From assembly GCA_030593165.1 (NCBI GenBank), contig JAUVHR010000001.1, positions 25,025-89,024 on the forward strand: a stretch of DNA of 64,000 nt, read 5' to 3'. The position numbers were made by a program, and so were the translations under genes. Position 1 is the first letter of the stretch. Each line of letters starts with the position of its first letter. The stretch comes from Candidatus Thorarchaeota archaeon (lineage in GTDB: Archaea; Asgardarchaeota; Thorarchaeia; Thorarchaeales; Thorarchaeaceae). The notes beneath the pieces are model-generated. The model searched no databases. It saw only the letters and a list, made by a program, of their open reading frames with translations, and was not told the origin of the DNA. Positions 57,001-64,000 of this stretch are shown here, piece after piece.

Positions 57001-57385
57001 ACTGCACCATATGGTTGCAGACAAGATTCACGCACGAGCACGCGGACCAGTCCAGATTCTCACTCGGCAACCAACCGAGGGTCGTGCACGAGAAGGTGGT
57101 CTACGGTTTGGAGAGATGGAGCGTGATGTACTCATTGGCCACGGCGCAGCGATTCTTCTGAAGGGCCGCCTACTTGACGAGTCAGACAAGAGCAACATGC
57201 TAATCTGTGAGGAGTGCGGTCTGATTGGAGTTTATGATAGAAACAAGGACCAATACTACTGTCCCATCTGCGGTACTGGTGCAAAAATCAGTAGTGTGAT
57301 AGTATCTTACGCATTCAAGCTGCTAATACAGGAAATGATGTCACTCGGTCTTGCGTGCAGGCTACGACTGAAGGAGATGATCTGA
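54017..57385 (+). CDS. rpoB: DNA-directed RNA polymerase subunit B (unsplit); start set to the ATG at 54017
   Basis: GLVGQHLDSFN, the GYFIINGSERV-type motif (GGYFIINGSERVLV), GDKYASRHGQKG, and a C-terminal Zn-ribbon (CEECG..CPICG). Confidence 0.95.
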   Translation: MSDAKERGKYWPVIEAFFSHYGLVGQHLDSFNRFVREELQQVVDSVAELKPKVEGYTVALGRLTINPPSVREADGSEHSLYPNEARIRNLTYASKIFLECTPIRKEGSVTTRLETLRIYIGDLPIMLRSERCLLHGMSDEELIQCGEDPKDPGGYFIINGSERVLVTQEDLAPNRILIEEASKSSSFTHVAKVFSTSRGFRAPVTIERKRTGELRVSFPSVPGKIPLAILMKALGLESDRAIVDVISDDEEIRNELIVTIEQSAPINALGDEGDGSTRTNALDFIGKRVAVGQTKEYRLARAEKVLDRYLFPHIGTEDKHRLQKAYYLGQMVERLLELVLNKRQSDDKDHYANKRLKLSGDLLMSLFRVALYSLTRDIKYQLERTAVRGRKPNIRTAVRADVITQRLKHALATGNWVGGKAGVSQLLDRTNLISSLSHLRRVVSPLSRSQPHFEARDLHSTHWGKICPNETPEGPNCGLVKNIAMMAYISVGTDEEAVERAILKAKVEPIEILEGKRGSKWADVFLNGRLVGVHPAPMVLVKTIRQQRRAGELDNEVNIAYYEGTHEVQVNCDAGRVRRPVIVIENGKSRLTDEHLRMIADGEWGFIDLLRNGIIEFIDAEEEENTLIAMYPSEIGELTTHMEIEPSTILGISAALIPFPERNQSPRNVYMAGMAKQSVGVPASNFRLRADTRAHVFHYPQVPLVKTRAMDSIGYEERPAGQNFVVGILSFEGYNIEDALIMNKASIERGLGRSTFARVYESEERKYPGGQEDRFEIPDRSVRGYRASESYRNLGEDGIIETEVEVQGGDVLIGRTSPPRFLEEYSEFEIASPNRRETSVAVRHGEAGVVDNVILTETIDGNRLVKVKVRDLRIPELGDKYASRHGQKGVIGYIVPQADVPFTEDGVVPDLIINPHAIPSRMTIGQILEMVAGKAAAMGGKQQDATAFCGVTEDELFKILSDNGLQYNGRETMYSGITGEKLTVDIFIGVIYYQKLHHMVADKIHARARGPVQILTRQPTEGRAREGGLRFGEMERDVLIGHGAAILLKGRLLDESDKSNMLICEECGLIGVYDRNKDQYYCPICGTGAKISSVIVSYAFKLLIQEMMSLGLACRLRLKEMI

Positions 57386-60039
57386 TGATTTCAAGTCAGA
57401 CAACCAAGAAGATCGACTCGATGGAGTTCGGACTGCTTAGTCCCGAAGATGTGCGCAAGATGAGTGTCGCACAGATAGTTGTTGCGGATACTTATGATGA
57501 GGACGGCTATCCAATTGAGAGCGGTATCATGGACCCCCGTCTGGGCGTAATTGACCCTGGTCAGCGTTGTAGGACCTGCGGAAACCGCGTGGGTAACTGT
57601 CCGGGACACTTCGGTCATATTGAACTGGCTCGACCTGTCATGCATGAGGGATATGCAAAGGTCATTCACAAGGTTCTGCGTGCAGTCTGCAGGGAATGCA
57701 GTCGAGTTCTACTAACCGACGAAGAAATCGAACACTTCACTATACTGTTCAAGAGGTACCCCGATATTGGTCAAAAGACAGCAAATCTGTCCAAGGACAT
57801 CCTGAAGCGTGCAGCAAAGACCAAGGCCTGTTCACACTGTGGAGCTGAACAACTCAAACTGAAACTAGAGAAGCCAACCTCTATCTACGAGGTGGGTGAA
57901 GCCGGTTCAGTCAGACTCACACCAATCGACATCAGAGCAAGGTTGGAGAACATCGAAGATGATGACTACCATCTGCTTGGGATTAACCCGACAGCTGCAA
58001 GGTTAGAATGGTCTATTCTTACAGTACTTGCTGTTCCGCCCGTAACTGTACGACCATCTATCACGCTTGAATCAGGCGTACGCAGCGAAGACGATCTCTC
58101 ACACAAGCTAATCGATATCATTCGTATCAATCAAAGGTTGCGAGAGAACCTAGATGCAGGAGCGCCCCAGCTGATTGTAGAGGACCTATGGGAGCTGTTA
58201 CAGTACCACGTGACTACATACTTCGACAATGGAGTATCAGGTATTCCACCGGCACGTCATAGGTCTGGTCGAGCACTCAGAACTCTTGCACAGAGACTGA
58301 AGGGCAAGGAGGGTCGGTTCAGGTCCAACCTTTCAGGTAAGCGTGTCGACTTCTCAGCACGTACCGTCATATCTCCTGACCCCAACCTGAGCATGAATGA
58401 GGTGGGTGTACCAGAGCAGATTGCAAGGATTCTGACGATACCCCAACGTGTCACCGAGTGGAACCTAGAAGAGATGAAGGAGCTCGTCATCAGGGGTCCT
58501 GACAGACACCCAGGATGCAACTATCTCATTAGAACAGATGGTCGAAGAGTAGACCTGCGTTTCGTAAAAGATAGAAGCATTACTGCGGATACGATTGAAC
58601 CCGGTTTCATTGTGGAACGACATCTCAACTCAGGTGACATTGTTCTATTCAATAGACAGCCATCACTGCACAGGATGTCAATCATGGCACACGAAGTGCG
58701 TGTCATGCCATATCGTACATTCCGACTCTGTCTGTTTGTCTGTCCACCATATAACGCAGACTTCGACGGTGACGAAATGAATCTTCATGTACCCCAGTCA
58801 GAAGAGGCACGTGCAGAAGCAAGAGTTCTCATGCGTGTACAGGAGCAGATTCTATCACCACGATTCGGTGGGCCAATTATTGGCGCCCTACAGGATTATA
58901 TCTCTGCCGCATTCCTGTTGACAAGGAAGACCTCACTCTACCCAGAAACTCGTGTAAACCAATTGCTGGCCACTGCAGGGTATTATGGGGAGCTTCCAAA
59001 ACCAGCCATTCTTCATCCAATGAAGCTCTGGACTGGCAAACAAATCTTCAGCATGTTCATCCCAGAGGGAATCTCACTCTCGTTCAAGGCGAATATCTGC
59101 AGGAAGTGTTCAGTCTGTAAGCATGATGACTGCGAATACGACTCTTATGTTGTAATTCGTGATGGTGAAATTCTCTACGGAGTCGTTGATGAGAAGGCGT
59201 TCGGCGCGGGTGAGGCTGACTCGCTGTTCCATCGGATTATCAAGGAAGAGGGTCCAACTGCAGCCCGCGAATTCTTGGACTCCGTTGGAAGACTACTTGT
59301 AAGACTTATCACCGACAGAGGTTTCTCAATGGGTCTAAATGATGTCACGTTGCCCCGTGATGCAGAGAAGCGAATCAAAATCATTCTGGAACAGGCCGAT
59401 CAGAAGGTAGAGCAGCTCATTGAAACCTACAAACGCGGGGAGCTAGACACCAACCCAGGTCAGACTCTTCTCCAAACCTTAGAGCAAAGAATCCAAGCCA
59501 CACTCGCAGAAGCACGTGATTCAGCTGGTGAAGTGGCTGGAGAACAATTGGGTCTTGATAATGCTGCAGTCATAATGGCTCAGACTGGTGCACGAGGTTC
59601 AAGACTGAATCTGTCACAAATGGCCGCTGTTGTAGGACAGCAGTCAGTCCGAGGGGGCAGAATCACCAGAGGATACATCGGCCGCACATTGCCACACTTT
59701 GAGAGAGGCGATCTTGGGGCAAGAGCTCGGGGATTCGTAACATCGAGTTACAAGAGTGGTCTTGATCCAATTGAATATTGGTTCCATGCAGCAGGTGGCC
59801 GTGAAGGTCTTGTGGACACTGCCGTACGAACATCAACTTCCGGTTATATGCAGAGGCGTCTTATGACTGCTCTACAGGACCTAAAAGTTGAGAGTGATGG
59901 AACTGTCAGAACTGCACCCGGACGAATTGTACAGTTCAAATTTGGAGACGATGGCGTGGACCCAAGCAAGTCAGACCACGGAAGATCGGTGAATATCGAC
60001 ATTGCAATCGAAAAGGTTCTTGGCAAGAGGACGAAGTGA
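57385..60039 (+). CDS. rpoA1: DNA-directed RNA polymerase subunit A'
   Basis: The ATG overlaps the rpoB TGA (ATGA). Zn motif CRTCGNRVGNCPGHFGHIEL and the catalytic NADFDGDEMN. Confidence 0.95.
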   Translation: MISSQTTKKIDSMEFGLLSPEDVRKMSVAQIVVADTYDEDGYPIESGIMDPRLGVIDPGQRCRTCGNRVGNCPGHFGHIELARPVMHEGYAKVIHKVLRAVCRECSRVLLTDEEIEHFTILFKRYPDIGQKTANLSKDILKRAAKTKACSHCGAEQLKLKLEKPTSIYEVGEAGSVRLTPIDIRARLENIEDDDYHLLGINPTAARLEWSILTVLAVPPVTVRPSITLESGVRSEDDLSHKLIDIIRINQRLRENLDAGAPQLIVEDLWELLQYHVTTYFDNGVSGIPPARHRSGRALRTLAQRLKGKEGRFRSNLSGKRVDFSARTVISPDPNLSMNEVGVPEQIARILTIPQRVTEWNLEEMKELVIRGPDRHPGCNYLIRTDGRRVDLRFVKDRSITADTIEPGFIVERHLNSGDIVLFNRQPSLHRMSIMAHEVRVMPYRTFRLCLFVCPPYNADFDGDEMNLHVPQSEEARAEARVLMRVQEQILSPRFGGPIIGALQDYISAAFLLTRKTSLYPETRVNQLLATAGYYGELPKPAILHPMKLWTGKQIFSMFIPEGISLSFKANICRKCSVCKHDDCEYDSYVVIRDGEILYGVVDEKAFGAGEADSLFHRIIKEEGPTAAREFLDSVGRLLVRLITDRGFSMGLNDVTLPRDAEKRIKIILEQADQKVEQLIETYKRGELDTNPGQTLLQTLEQRIQATLAEARDSAGEVAGEQLGLDNAAVIMAQTGARGSRLNLSQMAAVVGQQSVRGGRITRGYIGRTLPHFERGDLGARARGFVTSSYKSGLDPIEYWFHAAGGREGLVDTAVRTSTSGYMQRRLMTALQDLKVESDGTVRTAPGRIVQFKFGDDGVDPSKSDHGRSVNIDIAIEKVLGKRTK

Positions 60040-60051
60040 CGGAGGCTGTAA

Positions 60052-61239
<1,188 letters not shown>

Positions 61240-61346
61240 ATGCTATATCAGGAAGAGTCATGGCGCAAACATTAAAACAGAACTTCAGACGAGGTTAGAC
61301 CTAAGGACTTGTTGCCAAGTCACAATATCGAACAGAGGCTATCGAA

Positions 61347-61640
61347 TTGAGTATTAACCAACCAATTGCAAGTGCTGTCAACACTGGCAAATGCAAAATA
61401 GGCGCAAAGTCCTCAATTGATGCAATAAAGGACGGCAAGGCAAAACTTGTTGTTGTTGCAAGAAATTGTCCTACAGATGAACGAGAGGACGTAGAGAGAT
61501 ACGCGAAACTGGCACAGATTCCGACCACAATATTCGAGGGAACTTCTTGGGACTTGGGGGAAGTTGTAGGCAAGCCTTTCATGGTTTCCGCAATTGCAGT
61601 AATTGAGCCTGGTGACTCTAAAATCCTGAAGATGCTCTGA
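61347..61640 (+). CDS. rpl30e: ribosomal protein eL30 (L30e)
   Basis: TGKCKIGAKSSIDAIKDGKAKLVVVARNCP. Conserved position after rpoA2. Confidence 0.85.
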   Translation: MSINQPIASAVNTGKCKIGAKSSIDAIKDGKAKLVVVARNCPTDEREDVERYAKLAQIPTTIFEGTSWDLGEVVGKPFMVSAIAVIEPGDSKILKML

Positions 61641-61650
61641 GGCCGATCAT

Positions 61651-62085
61651 TTGACTCGTGTCAAGCTCTCCATGGATGACATGGCCCTTATTGCCACTTT
61701 CGAGAGGATAACTGGAGCATCTGCTCTTGATGTAGTCCGTGATGATGTTGGCAATCGAATAATATTCATTGTACGTCCGAAGCAGCTTGGCAAGGCTATA
61801 GGTAAGGGTGGGTCCAATGTCAGGAAGGCTGCAGATGTGTTTGGTCGTCCTGTTGATGTTGTAGAGATGGCTGAAACCGTAGAGGAGTTTGTTAAGAACG
61901 CTCTCGCTCCCGCCCGTGTCGAGAAAGTGAAAATCATCGAGCAGAGGGACGGTTCAAGGGTCGCTTCTGTCACTGTGACCAGCGATGACCGTGGCATTGC
62001 TATCGGCCGCGATGGAAGAAACGTTGCTAGGGCACGGATTCTTTGCAGACGTCACTTTGATTTGGTCAATGTCACAATTGCTTAG
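61651..62085 (+). CDS. nusA: archaeal NusA homologue (two KH domains)
   Basis: GKAIGKGGSNVRK and IAIGRDGRNV GxxG loops. Confidence 0.85.
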   Translation: MTRVKLSMDDMALIATFERITGASALDVVRDDVGNRIIFIVRPKQLGKAIGKGGSNVRKAADVFGRPVDVVEMAETVEEFVKNALAPARVEKVKIIEQRDGSRVASVTVTSDDRGIAIGRDGRNVARARILCRRHFDLVNVTIA

Positions 62086-62244
62086 ACTGTTTCATCATTC
62101 TTGAACCTCTTTCCTGGGCCAAATAGCAACCGATTACTGGACACACTTCATAAGCCTTAAAAGCCTACAAAGGGCGGGTGCTCTGACCACCCACAGAGTG
62201 TACTATGGTCGGTACACATATCGCTAACATCAGAGGTATACTAC

Positions 62245-62688
62245 TTGACAGGTTCAAAAAGCCCAATGGGCGAGTTCGCAGCAAGACCTCTCCTTGCTAA
62301 GCGAAAGAAGTTCCGCTGGAAGAAAGCCAGCTACAAGCGAAGAAAGCTCAAGCTCAGACGGAAGACCGACCCACTAGAGGGCGCTCCACAGGCTCGTGGT
62401 ATTGTCCTTGAGAAGGTAGGAATCGAGTCGAAGCAGCCAAACTCAGCTATTAGGAAGGCAGTACGAATACAGCTCGCCAAGAATGGAAAGCAAATCACAG
62501 CCTTCATTCCCGGTGATGGCGGTCTCAAGTACATTGATGAACATGATACAGTGTTGGTGGAGGGCATTGGTGGTGCCATGGGTGGTGCTATGGGAGATCT
62601 TCCCGGTGTTAGATGGCAGGTTCGCAAAGTGAACGGAGTTAGTCTAGAATCACTAATCTACGGCAAGAAGGAGAAGCCGATACGTTAG
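62245..62688 (+). CDS. rps12: ribosomal protein uS12
   Basis: [15 protein letters not shown] and the conserved PGVRW motif. Confidence 0.9.
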   Translation: MTGSKSPMGEFAARPLLAKRKKFRWKKASYKRRKLKLRRKTDPLEGAPQARGIVLEKVGIESKQPNSAIRKAVRIQLAKNGKQITAFIPGDGGLKYIDEHDTVLVEGIGGAMGGAMGDLPGVRWQVRKVNGVSLESLIYGKKEKPIR

Positions 62689-62697
62689 GTGGTAGTT

Positions 62698-63369
62698 ATG
62701 TCCGAAGAAGAGAATCCAACTCCTGCTGCTGAGGAACCTGAAGCTAAGGCGCCTGTTGAAACACTTCACGTACCCCCTGACCTTTTACTTTTCGGCAAGT
62801 GGGACTCAACAGATGTGGTACTCAGGGATGTTGGTCTTATGGACTACATCTCATTAAAGCCGGTTCTCATTCCCCATACTTCTGGGAGACACGCACACAA
62901 GAGATTCCACAAGAGCCACATTCCAATCGTCGAGCGGTTCGTTAACAAGCTGATGAACGCCGGCAAGAGGAAGGATAAACGCACCCGAACTGGTCGTGGT
63001 GCAGGCAAGAAGACCCGCGCAATTGGTGTGCTAAAACGAGTCTTTGAGATGATTGAATACCGGACTGGTCTGAACCCTATTCAAGTTCTTGTAACAGCAA
63101 TCGAACACGCGGCTCCATCAGAGGAAACAACACGAATCTCATACGGTGGAATGGCATATCCACGTTCTGTTGATATTTCACCACAGCGCAGACTCGACCT
63201 TTCACTCAAGTATCTCTCTGTTGGTGCTGTACGAGCAACCCACAAGAGCGCCAAATCCTTTGAGGAATGCATTGTAGACGAACTACTCTTGGCATTCAAG
63301 AGGGATCCGTCTTCTTACGCAATCTCCAGAAAGGAAGAACGCGAGAGAGTTGCACGTTCAGCAAGGTAG
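62698..63369 (+). CDS. rps7: ribosomal protein uS7
   Basis: LLLFGKWD..., VERFVNKLM, and AIEHAAPSEETTRISYGG. Confidence 0.9.
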   Translation: MSEEENPTPAAEEPEAKAPVETLHVPPDLLLFGKWDSTDVVLRDVGLMDYISLKPVLIPHTSGRHAHKRFHKSHIPIVERFVNKLMNAGKRKDKRTRTGRGAGKKTRAIGVLKRVFEMIEYRTGLNPIQVLVTAIEHAAPSEETTRISYGGMAYPRSVDISPQRRLDLSLKYLSVGAVRATHKSAKSFEECIVDELLLAFKRDPSSYAISRKEERERVARSAR

Positions 63370-63532
63370 TTAGCAATAGCCTTTCTGGCTTCATCGTCTG
63401 TTCAACTACACCCAGACGAATCAAGTGTGTGTACAAGACTACTAGAAGATTGTTCCCCGGACTAGGTTTCAATCAAAGGAGCCACTCTACCGACAGTAAC
63501 AGTTATCTCCCAAGTAGGGCTTGGTAACAACT

Positions 63533-64000
63533 ATGACCCGAAATCTGCTAATCTGTTATGGCACACGTTACGGCTCTACTGCTGAGGTAGCTGAAAAGAT
63601 GGCTGAAACAGCTCAAGAGATTGGGGTGACCGTAGATTTAGTTGATTTAAAACGCAACAAAATCCCTGAACGAATCCAAGATTACGACTTGATAGTGATT
63701 GGAAGTGGCATCATGGGTGGAAGGTGGACTAAGGAACCCTTGAAGTTCATCAAGGATAATCTAGAGGTTCTATCAAAAACCAAGATTGCCATATTCGTGG
63801 TATGTGGGTTTGCTGCTAGTGAAGACAAGTGTGAAACTGCTCAAGTTGAATATCTAGACAATTTTTCTGTAGAGTTTCCGGGACTATCACCCGTGTTGAC
63901 TGGTCTATTCGCTGGTGTCTTTGATTTCAAGAAGTACAGTTTTCCAGTCCGTGCACTAGTAAAACGCATGATTAAACAACAAATTCCTCCTGAGGAGGAG
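63533..64000 (+). CDS. flavodoxin-like protein (HemG/flavodoxin_5-like), truncated by the window end
   Basis: My own translation gives MTRNLLICYGTRYGSTAEVAEKMAE...DLIVIGSGIMGGRW. Confidence 0.7.
   Translation, partial: MTRNLLICYGTRYGSTAEVAEKMAETAQEIGVTVDLVDLKRNKIPERIQDYDLIVIGSGIMGGRWTKEPLKFIKDNLEVLSKTKIAIFVVCGFAASEDKCETAQVEYLDNFSVEFPGLSPVLTGLFAGVFDFKKYSFPVRALVKRMIKQQIPPEEE

Noticed and set aside
62086-62244. Hairpin gggtg-ctctgac-caccc and ttaaaag box between nusA and rps12
   Set aside because: Probably just an internal promoter or leader of the S12-S7 unit. It is too short to support a specific regulatory call.

Overview
This window is archaeal chromosome, roughly 40-45% GC by eye. Evidence for that: a split RpoA'/RpoA'' with an unsplit RpoB, followed by L30e-NusA-S12-S7. 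It also carries PAN, TFE-alpha, aMBF1, NAC, GatD/GatE, a tRNA-splicing endonuclease homologue, and many intron-containing tRNAs, some with introns at non-canonical positions. That profile suggests a TACK/Asgard-like uncultivated lineage, but I cannot assign taxonomy from sequence alone.

Most of the window is housekeeping:
- 1-39 kb: hypF, ADP-forming acetyl-CoA synthetase, atpD, trm5, pan, tfe, gatDE, pgk, rpiA, endA-like, mtnA-like, an ECF-type transporter, a Zn-ribbon DNA methylase, and HEAT and SIS proteins.
- 54-64 kb: the RNA polymerase / ribosomal protein operon.

I call 10 tRNA genes. Five carry introns, and two of those carry two introns each.

The accessory part is 39.7-53.5 kb and is organised around one tRNA-Asp(GUC) gene (45664-45801, minus strand).
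- On the 3' side, three successively more decayed copies of the tRNA 3' portion (42107, 40726, 39711) delimit three small cassettes. One cassette contains an Rx4H (HEPN-like) protein and a PD-(D/E)xK-like protein.
- On the 5' side, a 28-nt intron-less copy of the tRNA 5' end with its own TATA-like element (53440-53499) bounds a ~7.6 kb segment that looks GC-richer. This segment encodes a giant 1801-aa orphan protein, whose only recognisable feature is a weak PD-(D/E)xK-like motif after an acidic linker.
- Divergent from the giant gene is a 577-aa TnpB/IS605-OrfB-like protein. It appears to lack the canonical RuvC-II glutamate.
- No integrase or recombinase is recognisable anywhere in the island.

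This giant-ORF + TnpB-like module is my best candidate for an undescribed system. No rRNA, CRISPR array or cas genes were seen.
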